This document shows positions 1-8,976 of a DNA stretch of 32,088 nucleotides, in pieces. The notes beneath the pieces were generated by a model. That model ran no database searches and had not been told where the DNA came from. It saw only the letters and a list, made by a program, of their open reading frames with translations. The position numbers and the translations under genes are program-made. Within the stretch, counting starts at the first letter, position 1, and each line of letters opens with the position of its first letter. This DNA comes from Candidatus Competibacter sp. (GTDB taxonomy: Bacteria > Pseudomonadota > Gammaproteobacteria > Competibacterales > Competibacteraceae), in the NCBI GenBank assembly GCA_049663445.1, contig JBATDL010000744.1, positions 1-32,088 of the forward strand. The letters are read 5' to 3'.

Positions 1-19
1 TTCCCCCTGTCCCCTTCAT
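1..19 (-). CDS. Probable first codons of the next liv gene (LivM-type permease), truncated by the window edge
   Basis: ATG at 19-17 overlaps the livH TGA stop (ATGA coupling). Identity is inferred only from the usual livK-H-M-G-F order. Confidence 0.35.
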
Positions 20-918
20 ACCTTGTCCGCCACCCGTTCGCCCAGCAAACCGGTGGGTCGAACGATCAGGATCAGGATCAATACCAGGAAGGCAATGGCA
101 TCCTTCCAGGCAATGGAAATATAGGCCGCGCCGAGCGCCTCGATCACACCCAGCAACAGCCCACCCACCATCGCGCCGGGGATGTTGCCGATACCGCCCA
201 GAATCGCGGCGGTGAAGGCTTTCATACCGTAGACCCAGCCCATGGTGAAATTGATCTGGCCGTAGTACAGCCCCACCATCAGCCCAGCGGTTCCACCCAG
301 CGCCGGCCCCATCAGAAACACCAGCAGGATCACCCGGTTCACGTCGATACCCATCAGTCGCGCCGCACCCTGATCGATCGCCGCCGCACGGATGGCGGCC
401 CCGATCCGGGTCTTCTGGATGAACAGGTACAGCACGGCCATCATCAGCACCGAAGCCAGCACGATCAGCACCCGCATCAACGGCAGATACAGGCCGAACA
501 CATTCAGCGTGGTGGCGGGCAGGATGTTGGGATAGACCTGGAAGCGTGCGCCGTAAAGCAGCATCAACGCATTTTGCAGGAAGATCGACGCGCCCAGCGC
601 CGACACCACCGCCGACAAGCGGGGTGACTCCCGCAAGGGACGATACGCGGCCCGCTCCAGAATCGCGCCCAGCACCGCCACCAGCCCCATCACCATCAGC
701 ACCAGCACCAACACGCCCAGGGCAAAACCCAAGCGGTCGGTGAGCGCCAGCGAAGTCAACAGAGTCAACCCCAGGTAGGCCCCGTAAGTAAACAGGTCGC
801 CGTGGGCGAAGTTGATCAGTTTGAGCACACCGTAAACCATGGTGTAGCCCAAGGCGATCAGGGCGTAGATGCCGCCCACGGCCAAACCATTAGTCAATTG
901 CTGGAGAAATTCTTCCAC
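16..918 (-). CDS. livH: Branched-chain amino acid ABC transporter permease
   Basis: 300 aa hydrophobic protein. N-terminus QQLTNGLAVGGIYALIALGYTMVYGVLKLINFAHGD and C-terminus RPTGLLGE are typical of LivH. GTG start. Confidence 0.93.
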   Translation of the reverse strand: MEEFLQQLTNGLAVGGIYALIALGYTMVYGVLKLINFAHGDLFTYGAYLGLTLLTSLALTDRLGFALGVLVLVLMVMGLVAVLGAILERAAYRPLRESPRLSAVVSALGASIFLQNALMLLYGARFQVYPNILPATTLNVFGLYLPLMRVLIVLASVLMMAVLYLFIQKTRIGAAIRAAAIDQGAARLMGIDVNRVILLVFLMGPALGGTAGLMVGLYYGQINFTMGWVYGMKAFTAAILGGIGNIPGAMVGGLLLGVIEALGAAYISIAWKDAIAFLVLILILIVRPTGLLGERVADKV

Positions 919-985
919 GAGGTCGCCGGGACTTGAGCTGGAGGGAAAGGAGCATCGAGTTGCCTGCCAGTACTTACGCGCTCAC

Positions 986-1020
986 GGCGGGTTCCCTCCA
1001 TCCTGGGAAGGAACCGCGCC
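986..1020 (-). other. Intercistronic stem-loop between livK and livH
   Basis: GGCG-GGTTCC...GGAACC-G-CGCC imperfect inverted repeat, 6 nt after the livK stop. No U-tract, so more likely an mRNA stabiliser than a terminator. Confidence 0.55.
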
Positions 1021-1026
1021 AGAGAC

Positions 1027-2157
1027 TTACAGCTTCTGCAATACGAAATTGCCTTCGGCATCCACCTTGTAGACCCGGTACACCTCGCCCTCGCGGTCGC
1101 CCTTGGCATCAAAGGAGATCGGCCCGCTCAAGCCAGGATAATCCTTGAGATTCTGGTGCAGGTATTCAGCAATCTTGTCGCCATCGGTAGACTTGGCGCC
1201 CGCGATACCGGCCACCATCACCCGGAAACCATCCCCGGCCAGCATCGCCCAGATCGAGGGAGGTAACTCATTATATTTTTTCTGGTAATCGGCCAGAAAT
1301 GCCGCCGCGTCCGGCGTATCCAGATCTTGCGGCTGCGGCGGGCTGAGGAAATAAAAACCTTCGGCGGCTCCCTTGCCGGCGATCTTAACCAAGTCGACAT
1401 TGTTGGTGGCGTCGCCGCCCAGAAATGGCACCTTCCAGCTCATGTCCTTCTTCTGTCGCAGGAGCAGGCCGGCTTCGGGATAGTAGCCGGTAAACAGCAC
1501 CACATCGGGATTGGCGCCCTTCAGCTTGGTCAAAATGGCGGTGTAATCGCGTTCACCGGGGGTCAGCGCATCGAAAAACACCACCTCCGCACCCTGACTC
1601 TTCAGCAGAGCATTGGCTTCATCCGCCAAGCCCTTGGCATAGGAGGTATTGTCGTGCAGGATAGCGATCTTCTTGAAACCCAGCTTGTCGATGGTCTGCG
1701 CCGCCATGCGACCCTGCTCGTCGTCGCGCGGTGCGGTGCGGAAAAAATGCTTGAAGCCTTTTTCGGTCAAGCGGATGGCGGTGGAGCCGTTGGCGATCTG
1801 GGGCAACTTGACTTCATCGTAAATCGCCTGGCTGGCTTCGGTCACCGAAGAGCCGTAAGTACCGACCACCGCCACCACGCCCTGGGTGGTCAAGCGTTGC
1901 GCGGCCAGCGAGGCGGTACGCGGATCGCCACCGTCGTCCTCGGTCACCACCACAATCTTTTTCCCCAACACACCGCCCTTGGCGTTTTGCTGCTCGGCCA
2001 GCAGTTCAACGATCTTCTTCATGCCCTGGCCCTCGCTAGCCCAGGACCCGGTCAACGGCGCCATCAGGCCGATTTTGACGGTATCAGCCGCCTGCGCGGT
2101 TGCGCCGCCCACGACCAGGACTGCCGCCGCGACCAACGCCAACAAGTGCTGCTTCAT
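1027..2157 (-). CDS. livK: Branched-chain amino acid ABC transporter periplasmic binding protein (LivJ/LivK family)
   Basis: Signal peptide ending AQA-A, then KIGLMAPLTG, EDDGGDP, FFRTAPRDDEQG, HDNTSYAKGLA and GPISFDAKGD motifs. GAGGAG RBS upstream. Confidence 0.92.
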   Translation of the reverse strand: MKQHLLALVAAAVLVVGGATAQAADTVKIGLMAPLTGSWASEGQGMKKIVELLAEQQNAKGGVLGKKIVVVTEDDGGDPRTASLAAQRLTTQGVVAVVGTYGSSVTEASQAIYDEVKLPQIANGSTAIRLTEKGFKHFFRTAPRDDEQGRMAAQTIDKLGFKKIAILHDNTSYAKGLADEANALLKSQGAEVVFFDALTPGERDYTAILTKLKGANPDVVLFTGYYPEAGLLLRQKKDMSWKVPFLGGDATNNVDLVKIAGKGAAEGFYFLSPPQPQDLDTPDAAAFLADYQKKYNELPPSIWAMLAGDGFRVMVAGIAGAKSTDGDKIAEYLHQNLKDYPGLSGPISFDAKGDREGEVYRVYKVDAEGNFVLQKL

Positions 2158-2203
2158 CTTGTGTGATCTCCTCGTGTGAGGCCGGCTAGCGCGGAGGGAA
2201 AGA

Positions 2204-2216
2204 TGCGATCCAGCAA
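2204..2216 (-). promoter_or_regulatory. Putative operator (PhaR-box-like) in the livK leader
   Basis: TTGCTGGATCGCA on the minus strand, 12/13 identical to the prk upstream site. Confidence 0.35.
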
Positions 2217-2244
2217 AGCCGGCGTATTACAAATCGATGGATGA

Positions 2245-2274
2245 AACATAGCAGCGAATTTCAAATAGCGTCAA
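2245..2274 (-). promoter_or_regulatory. Sigma70 promoter of the liv operon
   Basis: Minus strand TTGACG-18 nt-TATGTT with an extended -10 TG. The -35 overlaps the ttcA stop codon. Confidence 0.55.
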
Positions 2275-3218
2275 ACCCGCCGCGTGGTCGGCAAGGGCAG
2301 GCATACTTCCTTGACGTGCGGTTTCGCATTCATCTTGACCGACGACTCCTCATCGTCCACCACATCCCATTCTGCGGCGCCATCACCTCCGCCGGGCAAC
2401 CACTCCGGCGTCCGGCTACCGTTGCGCGTACCCAACCCGGCGAAATCGAATAACTCCGTATCGGCCAGATGCGAAGGCGCCACGTTCCGCAGCGCGGCAA
2501 AGAGGTTCTCGATCCGTCCCGGAAACTGCTTTTCCCACTGCTGCAACATGGCTTTGATCGCCTGGCGTTGTAGCTTGGGTTGCGAGCCACACAGGTTGCA
2601 GGGAATGATCGGAAATTGCCGAGCCTCGGCATAGGCGGCGAGGTCACGCTCCCGGCAATAAGCCAACGGCCGAATCACCACATGCTGGCCATCGTCGCTC
2701 AGCAGTTTGGGGGGCATGGCCTTGAGCTTACCGCCGTGGAACAGATTCAAAAACAGGGTTTCCAGAATATCGTCGCGGTGATGCCCCAGCGCAATCCGGG
2801 TCATACCGTGTTCCTTGGCGAAGGTATACAGGACCCCGCGCCGCAACCGCGAACACAACCCGCAGGTGGTCTTTCCTTCCGGCACCACCCGCTTGACCAC
2901 GCTGTAGGTATCCTGCTCGATGATGTGGAACGGCACACCAATGCCTTGGAGATATTCCGGCAATACGTGCTCGGGGAAACCGGGCTGCTTCTGATCGAGA
3001 TTGACCGCGACCAGCTCGAAGCGCACCGGCGCCCGCGCCCGCAGCTTGCGCAGGATGTCGAGCATGACAAAGGAATCCTTACCGCCGGACAGGCAGACCA
3101 TCACCCGGTCGCCGTCCTCAATCATGTTGAAATCCTGAATCGCCTGGCCGACGTTCCGCCGCAGCCGCTTCTGAAGTTTGTTGAAATTGATCTGCTGTTT
3201 CTTGACTGCAACCGTCAT
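2271..3218 (-). CDS. ttcA: tRNA 2-thiocytidine(32) synthetase
   Basis: PP-loop [22 protein letters not shown] and CNLCGSQ motifs. Confidence 0.96.
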   Translation of the reverse strand: MTVAVKKQQINFNKLQKRLRRNVGQAIQDFNMIEDGDRVMVCLSGGKDSFVMLDILRKLRARAPVRFELVAVNLDQKQPGFPEHVLPEYLQGIGVPFHIIEQDTYSVVKRVVPEGKTTCGLCSRLRRGVLYTFAKEHGMTRIALGHHRDDILETLFLNLFHGGKLKAMPPKLLSDDGQHVVIRPLAYCRERDLAAYAEARQFPIIPCNLCGSQPKLQRQAIKAMLQQWEKQFPGRIENLFAALRNVAPSHLADTELFDFAGLGTRNGSRTPEWLPGGGDGAAEWDVVDDEESSVKMNAKPHVKEVCLPLPTTRRV

Positions 3219-3294
3219 CGCCCTGTCACCTCGAAAACCGTGTCCAGCGCGCTGACTTTACCTGAAATTAACGAGGTTGCGCCAAGTCGATACC

Positions 3295-3323
3295 TTGCCG
3301 GTCGTTCAGCGTAGGGCTAGACT
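3295..3323 (+). promoter_or_regulatory. Sigma70 promoter for the DUF465 gene
   Basis: TTGCCG-17 nt-TAGACT. Confidence 0.5.
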
Positions 3324-3422
3324 CCCCGCTTGTGACCACGGTCGGCGCCGCGCGTCGGGAACCCGCCCGATCCCAGCTTGCTGCACCGGACAGAAAAACC
3401 GCCCTTCTTCGGAGAACCCACA

Positions 3423-3629
3423 TTGGAGACCAATGACATTGAACACTACAAACACCGGCTCGTCGAGCTGCGGACAGAGCATCGCGATCTAGACGATGTG
3501 ATCGCCCGCCTAGCCAAGGACCCGCTTGTCGACGAGCTTGAATTGAAGCGATTGAAGAAGCGTAAGCTTATGCTCAAGGACATGATCGCACATCTGGAAA
3601 GCAGACTCATTCCCGACCTCAACGCCTGA
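3423..3629 (+). CDS. DUF465/YdcH-family small coiled-coil protein
   Basis: LRTEHRDLDDVI...LKRLKKRKLMLKDMI...IPDLNA signature. TTG start at 3423, 8 nt after GGAG. Confidence 0.88.
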   Translation: METNDIEHYKHRLVELRTEHRDLDDVIARLAKDPLVDELELKRLKKRKLMLKDMIAHLESRLIPDLNA

Positions 3630-3753
3630 AACCGCTCAGCCACATGGGACCGCCCGGCCTTATGGCGTGGCGGCCCTGATTCCCTCGCCGCTCGGGCTGA
3701 CTCAAGTGGGAAAAGTTGTTCCGCCCAAGACCGCCGCTCCTTCGGATCAGGCA

Positions 3754-4239
3754 TTAGGGTGCTCCGTCCCCGTATTTTCGAGCGTGTAACACCTTAGGTT
3801 TGGCCGATCCAGCCGTCGCGGGTGCATCCGACCGCTGAGGTGGATCACTTCGGCGTCCACGCTATTAACATCGGTATCGGTCAAATTGGCGATCTGCCGG
3901 TAGGCACAAAAACCGGTGGCATTCAGCTTGCCTTCCAGCACCGGGCCGATACCGTTGATCATTTTTAGATCGTCTCTCTCCTCCTTCTCCGCGTGGACGG
4001 TCATCGCGGCCGTCTTCCGATCATTGGCGATGACTTGAATGCAGCGCTCGCTTTCCCCCAACCGCTCGGCGATAGCCTGCCGGTCGTCGCGAGTCGGCAC
4101 GCCCATGTTGCACACGGCCATACCCTCGCGTCGCGGCAACAACCCCGAGCCGGTATGCTAAAGTGAGCGGTAAAATTATCTGCCGGATATCAATCGAATC
4201 AATCCGAGCCGGCAGAGTTTCACCCCACCCCCGAGCCAT
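3754..4239 (-). pseudogene. Frameshifted remnant of a membrane-anchored helix-hairpin-helix protein (COG3743-like)
   Basis: DDLKMINGIGPVLEGKLNATG..YRQIANLT motif. The expected tail TRDGWIGQ and then KVLHARKYG sit in successive shifted frames. AAGGAG-6 nt-ATG at 4239 opens a further frame containing a decayed hydrophobic segment. Confidence 0.75.
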
Positions 4240-4251
4240 ATCGATCTCCTT

Positions 4252-7119
4252 ATGATCCTGAGCCGTTTTCTCAAGCCCAAGTGGCAACAAGCCAACCCCG
4301 AAACCCGTAAGCAGTCCCTGCGGGATCTGGACAGCAGTGATCCAAAACTGCTTGATCTGGCTCGGCGGGACCCCGATCCAGCCGTTCGCCGCGCCGCGCT
4401 GGAGCGGCTTGACGATCTCGACCTGTTGCGCCGCATCGCCGACGAAGATACTGACGCGGACATTCTGGATGCCGCCCGGGCGCGCTACTACTCTCTGTTG
4501 GCCGGCAAAGTTGCCGGCGGCCCGACGCTGGCCAGCCGCCTGGAACGACTGCGGTGCGATCCGGACACTAACCTAGTGGAATTTTTACTGCAACACGCCA
4601 CCGAACCCGAATTGCGGCTGGCGGCGCTGGAGCGGATTGACCTGGAGCCCGCACTGGCCGACATCGCCATTCGGAATTCCCATCCAGACCTGCGGCTGGC
4701 GGCACTGGAGCGTGTGCATGATCCTGAACTGCTCGACCAGATCGCCCGTCAGAGCCGTAACCGCGACAAGCGCCTGCACCGCCGGGCGCGGGAACGTTTG
4801 GACGCCTTAAACGCCGAGCGGACGCGCGCCTTAAACCTGGAACGGCTATGCGCCGAAATGGAACGCTTGAACTGGGATGGCGAAAGTGGCCTCAACGCGG
4901 CCCGATTTCCCAAACTGGAACAGGAATGGCGCGAGCAGGAAGCCGGTGCTCCTCCCGAACTTCAGGCGCGCTACGCACAAGCTCGTGGCCGGTTTCTGGC
5001 CGAACGCCAAGCCAGCGCCAATCGCCGAACTCAGCGGCTGGAGCTACTCGCCATGCTGGAATCCCTGTTGGAACGGCTGCGCCAGCACGGCGAATCCAGC
5101 CCCGAACTCGACGCGGCGATTCGGTACGCTACCACCGAGGCACCCACCGCCTGGGTCCACCACGGCCCCGCCCAAGATAGCGAAAGCCGGCGGCAAGCAG
5201 CACGGTTCCAACAACTGCTTCAAAACATCCAGGATCAGGAACGCATCCTGCAGCGCAACCATATCCGTACCGAACGCTTGCGCGAAATGCTGGAGCAAGG
5301 CGAAACCTTGCTCCAGCAACCCAGCGAAGTGCGCGATATCGACCTCAAGCACCTGCGGCAGCACTGGGAAGGACTGGAGCGACCGGAGTCGCGTGCCCTT
5401 GCCGATGATCTGCAAGGCCGTTTTGACGGCCTACTCGACAAACTGCGCGCCCGCCAGCAGCGGCAGACCCAGCACCGTGATCAGGAATGGCAAAACATCC
5501 AGGATCAGGTGAGCCAGCTTGAAGCGGCTGTCGAGAATGGCGGGTTGCAGCAGGCCACCCAACTGCAGGAGCACATCCGCCACCTGATCAAACACAACAT
5601 CGGCCTGAATCGGGGACAGATGGCGGTGATCGAGGAGCGGTTGCAGTCCTGCGCCACGCGCATCGGCGAACTACACGGCTGGCGACGCTGGGGTGCCAGC
5701 CAGGCCCGGGAGCAGCTTTGCGTCGCTGCCGAAAGCCTGATTGACCTTGATGCCAACCCTGCCGACATCGCCCAGCGCATCCAGCAAGTCCGCGCGGCCT
5801 GGAAAGAGTTGGACCATCACGAAGGCGGCGCACCCAAGGGGCTGTGGAAACGCTTTAACAACGCCTGCGAGCGCGCCTACACCCCGTGCCAAGCCTATTT
5901 CGAGGCTCAGACCCGCGAACGCCAGCATAATTTCGACCAGAAAGCGGCGCTTTGCGAGCAAATGGAACAGTTTGAAGCGACAACCGACTGGCGACAGGTG
6001 GACTGGCGTGAGGCTGATCGGCTATGTCGCCGCGCCCGTGAACAATGGCGCCAGCTTGGGCCAGTCAACCGTGCCGACCGCAAGACTATTGACCGCCGCT
6101 TCCAACAGGTGCTGCGACGCTTGGATGCACACCTCGACGTCGAGCGCGAACGTGAGCTGCAACGGCGCCAGCAGTTGATCCAGCAGGTTCAAGCCTTGGC
6201 AGACAATCCCGATCTACGCGCCACCGTCGAAACCACCAAACTCGCTCAGGCTCAATGGCAACCCACCGTACAAGGCACTTACCGGCAAGAACAGGCATTG
6301 TGGAAAGCTTTCCGCGCCGCCTGCGACGCAGTATTTGCCCGCCGCCAAGCCGAACAGCAAACCGCCGACGCCGAACGACAGGCCAATCTGACGCATAAGC
6401 TGGGCTTGTGCGAAGAAGTCGAGTCGCTCGCCCTGATCGACCGCGAACAATTAGCGCAGGCAGGCATCCGGCTACAGGCGGCGCAACACGAGTGGCAGAT
6501 CATCGGGCCGATACCCAGAACTGAACAGCGCGGGCTCGATCAGCGCTTTGAAACAGCCGTTCGGCAGTTCGCCCAACACGAGAAACTCCTGCGCCAGGCC
6601 GATATCCAGGAGACCTTCCAGCATCTGCAACAGCGCAGTCGGCTATGCGCCCGGCTGGAAGCCGAGTTGGAAACCCAGCGGGAGGACGATAGCGTGCTCC
6701 CGTCGACCCGCCAGGAGTGGGCGACTTTGCCGAACCTGCCGGCGGCGCTGGCGGCGGCGCTGCAACAACGCTTTGATACCGTCTGTCAGGCGCTGGCAGG
6801 TGCTCCCGATCAAATGCAGGCCGCGCGTGCGTGCCTGGAGCACGACCTGGAGCGCAAGCAAATCTGGTGTGTATGCATGGAGATCGTGGCTGGCGTGGAT
6901 TCACCGCCTGAATTCGCTCAACTGCGGATGGAGTATCAGGTCGCCCGCCTGTCGGCCTCGCTGGCCGGCACCGCCGCCAAAACTGAAGCGCTCTACGATC
7001 CCCATCGATTGCAGGAACAGTGGTGCCTGACCGGCGCGCTGCCAGCTAAAGCGGCGGCGGAACTGGATAACCGCTTCCTGCACGCCGCACGAGTTTGGTG
7101 GCAGCGGGAGGAAGTCTGA
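4252..7119 (+). CDS. DUF349 domain-containing large helical protein (955 aa)
   Basis: N-terminal FLKPKWQ motif and HEAT-like repeats, then repeated W..IGP.P / LW.RF..ACD..F units characteristic of DUF349. Confidence 0.85.
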   Translation: MILSRFLKPKWQQANPETRKQSLRDLDSSDPKLLDLARRDPDPAVRRAALERLDDLDLLRRIADEDTDADILDAARARYYSLLAGKVAGGPTLASRLERLRCDPDTNLVEFLLQHATEPELRLAALERIDLEPALADIAIRNSHPDLRLAALERVHDPELLDQIARQSRNRDKRLHRRARERLDALNAERTRALNLERLCAEMERLNWDGESGLNAARFPKLEQEWREQEAGAPPELQARYAQARGRFLAERQASANRRTQRLELLAMLESLLERLRQHGESSPELDAAIRYATTEAPTAWVHHGPAQDSESRRQAARFQQLLQNIQDQERILQRNHIRTERLREMLEQGETLLQQPSEVRDIDLKHLRQHWEGLERPESRALADDLQGRFDGLLDKLRARQQRQTQHRDQEWQNIQDQVSQLEAAVENGGLQQATQLQEHIRHLIKHNIGLNRGQMAVIEERLQSCATRIGELHGWRRWGASQAREQLCVAAESLIDLDANPADIAQRIQQVRAAWKELDHHEGGAPKGLWKRFNNACERAYTPCQAYFEAQTRERQHNFDQKAALCEQMEQFEATTDWRQVDWREADRLCRRAREQWRQLGPVNRADRKTIDRRFQQVLRRLDAHLDVERERELQRRQQLIQQVQALADNPDLRATVETTKLAQAQWQPTVQGTYRQEQALWKAFRAACDAVFARRQAEQQTADAERQANLTHKLGLCEEVESLALIDREQLAQAGIRLQAAQHEWQIIGPIPRTEQRGLDQRFETAVRQFAQHEKLLRQADIQETFQHLQQRSRLCARLEAELETQREDDSVLPSTRQEWATLPNLPAALAAALQQRFDTVCQALAGAPDQMQAARACLEHDLERKQIWCVCMEIVAGVDSPPEFAQLRMEYQVARLSASLAGTAAKTEALYDPHRLQEQWCLTGALPAKAAAELDNRFLHAARVWWQREEV

Positions 7120-7157
7120 AGCCGTCGTCCGACGACGACGCTCCTGCCCGTTACGGC

Positions 7158-8030
7158 ATGCAGCCTGGCGATCTGCTGCTGGTGCTACTCGCAAACACCG
7201 TCTGGGCGTTCAATTTCATCGCCGGCAAGGCAGGCGTCACTCACTTCCAACCCTTTTTGTTCACCAGCTTGCGTTTTGCCATCCTGTTGCTGGTGCTGCT
7301 ACCGTTCCTGCGCTGGATTCCGGAGCGGATGGGCAGCGTGCTGGGGATCGCCATGGTGCAGGGCATCCTGCACTTCAGCCTGATCTTCACCGGTCTGCAA
7401 GCCAGCGGCGACATCGCTTCGGTCGCCATCGCCAGCCAGCTTTACGTACCGTTTTCGACGGTGCTGGCCCTATTCCTGCTCGGTGAAACCCTGGGTGCCC
7501 GACGGCTGGCTGGCATTGCCCTGGCGTTCGGCGGCGTGCTGGTCATCGGCTTCGATCCAGTGGTGTTCCACCATCTCGATGCCCTGCTGCTCGTCACCGC
7601 CGGCGCGGCGGCGATGGCACTCGCCACCATCCAGATGCGGCGACTACGCGGGGTTGGTGTGTTCGCGCTGCAAGCCTGGATCGCACTGTGCGCCACTCCA
7701 GCACTGGCGCTGCTCTCGCTGCTATTCGAACAGGGACAGTGGACCGCCCTGCGCACGGCGAGCACCCTGGAACTGGCCGCGCCGGTCTATTCCGCCTTGG
7801 GCGCATCCTTGATCGGTCACGGCATCGTCTATTACCTGCTCGGCCGTTATCCGGTCGGGGTCACCACACCGCTGCTGCTGTTGAACCCCGTGTTGGCGGT
7901 CGCATTCGGCGTGTTGCTATGGGGCGATGTTCTGACCTGGAAGCTGGCTTTGGGCGGCATGATGACACTGGCCGGCATCGCTGTCATCACCATACCTCTA
8001 CCGAACCGCAGAGGCACACATACCGGCTGA
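7158..8030 (+). CDS. DMT/EamA-family transporter
   Basis: About 10 hydrophobic segments, with WAFNFIAGK, SLRF and LLGETLG motifs in two EamA halves. ATG 7158 preferred over the ORF-track start, which overlaps the upstream gene. Confidence 0.88.
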   Translation: MQPGDLLLVLLANTVWAFNFIAGKAGVTHFQPFLFTSLRFAILLLVLLPFLRWIPERMGSVLGIAMVQGILHFSLIFTGLQASGDIASVAIASQLYVPFSTVLALFLLGETLGARRLAGIALAFGGVLVIGFDPVVFHHLDALLLVTAGAAAMALATIQMRRLRGVGVFALQAWIALCATPALALLSLLFEQGQWTALRTASTLELAAPVYSALGASLIGHGIVYYLLGRYPVGVTTPLLLLNPVLAVAFGVLLWGDVLTWKLALGGMMTLAGIAVITIPLPNRRGTHTG

Positions 8031-8042
8031 GCAGCCCCTCTC

Positions 8043-8912
8043 TCAAAATTCCCGGCGGACCAGCCGTTCGATCAACGGTTGCAGGATAACTTCCATGGCG
8101 AAGCCCATCTTGCCACCTGGCACCACGATGGTGTTGCGGCGCGACATGAATGAGTCGTGAATCATGTGAATCATGTGGGGAAAATTTGGCTGAGTTTTGC
8201 GAGCGTCCTTGAAGCGGATCACGACAAAGCTTTCATCCAGCGTGGGAATATCGCGAGCGGTGAAGGGGTTGGAGGTATCCACCGTCGGCACTCGCTGAAA
8301 ATTAACGTCGGTGCATGAAAACTGCGGCACAATATAGTGGGTGTAGTCGTACATCCGCCGCAGGATGGCATCGGTTACCGCCTCGGCGCTGTAGCCCCGC
8401 TCGGCGGTATCGCGGTGAATTTTCTGGATCCATTCCAGGTTAACGATCGGTACCACCCCGATGAGCAGATCCACATAGCGGGCGACATTCACCTTGTCGG
8501 TCACTACCCCGCCGTGCAAACCTTCATAGAACAACAGATCGGTTTTGGGCGGCAATTGCGCCCAAGGCGAAAATGTCCCTGGCTCTTGGCCATAACGCTC
8601 GGCATCCTCTCGACTGTGCAGATAATAACGCCGTAGTCCGCTGCCGCGCTCGCCATATTCCATGAACAGCGATTCCAAGCGGTCGAATAGATTCCCCTCG
8701 GGACCGAAATGACTGAGATTACGGCCCTCCCGATAAGCTTGTTCGCATTGCCGTTGCATTTCCAGCCGATCGTAGCGATGAAAGCTGTCGCCTTCAATGA
8801 TGGCGGCATTTATGCCATCCCGGCGAAAAATATGTTCCACCGCAACTCGAACTGTCGAAGTGCCGGCGCCAGACGAACCGGTAATGGCGATAATCGGATA
8901 CTGTTTTGACAT
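8043..8912 (-). CDS. prkB: Phosphoribulokinase (proteobacterial type)
   Basis: PIIAITGSSGAGTS P-loop, plus IEGDSFHRYDR, LFYEGLHGG, NLEWIQK and NFQRVPTVDTSNPF. Confidence 0.95.
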   Translation of the reverse strand: MSKQYPIIAITGSSGAGTSTVRVAVEHIFRRDGINAAIIEGDSFHRYDRLEMQRQCEQAYREGRNLSHFGPEGNLFDRLESLFMEYGERGSGLRRYYLHSREDAERYGQEPGTFSPWAQLPPKTDLLFYEGLHGGVVTDKVNVARYVDLLIGVVPIVNLEWIQKIHRDTAERGYSAEAVTDAILRRMYDYTHYIVPQFSCTDVNFQRVPTVDTSNPFTARDIPTLDESFVVIRFKDARKTQPNFPHMIHMIHDSFMSRRNTIVVPGGKMGFAMEVILQPLIERLVRREF

Positions 8913-8944
8913 AACCGCCCTTGCGGTGACTGACAGGTGCCCGA

Positions 8945-8976
8945 ATTATAGCGCGGCCTATATTGCGATGCAGCAA
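8945..8976 (-). promoter_or_regulatory. prk promoter: consensus -10 with a putative PhaR-like operator over the -35 region
   Basis: TATAAT on the minus strand at 8950-8945. TGCGATGCAGCA (plus strand 8964-8975) occupies the -35 position. Confidence 0.55.

Noticed and set aside
1..17. Purine-rich AGGGGAC-AGGGGGA heptamer-like run on the minus strand
   Set aside because: Only about two units are visible at the window edge, too few to call a tandem repeat.
2271..2440. Acidic, low-complexity C-terminal tail of TtcA
   Set aside because: Variable acidic tails are normal in TtcA, and no extra domain is recognisable.
8157..8177. 9-nt tandem repeat in prk (HMIHMIH)
   Set aside because: It appears to occupy the same length as the usual FPYLLSMLHDS segment, so it is not an insertion.
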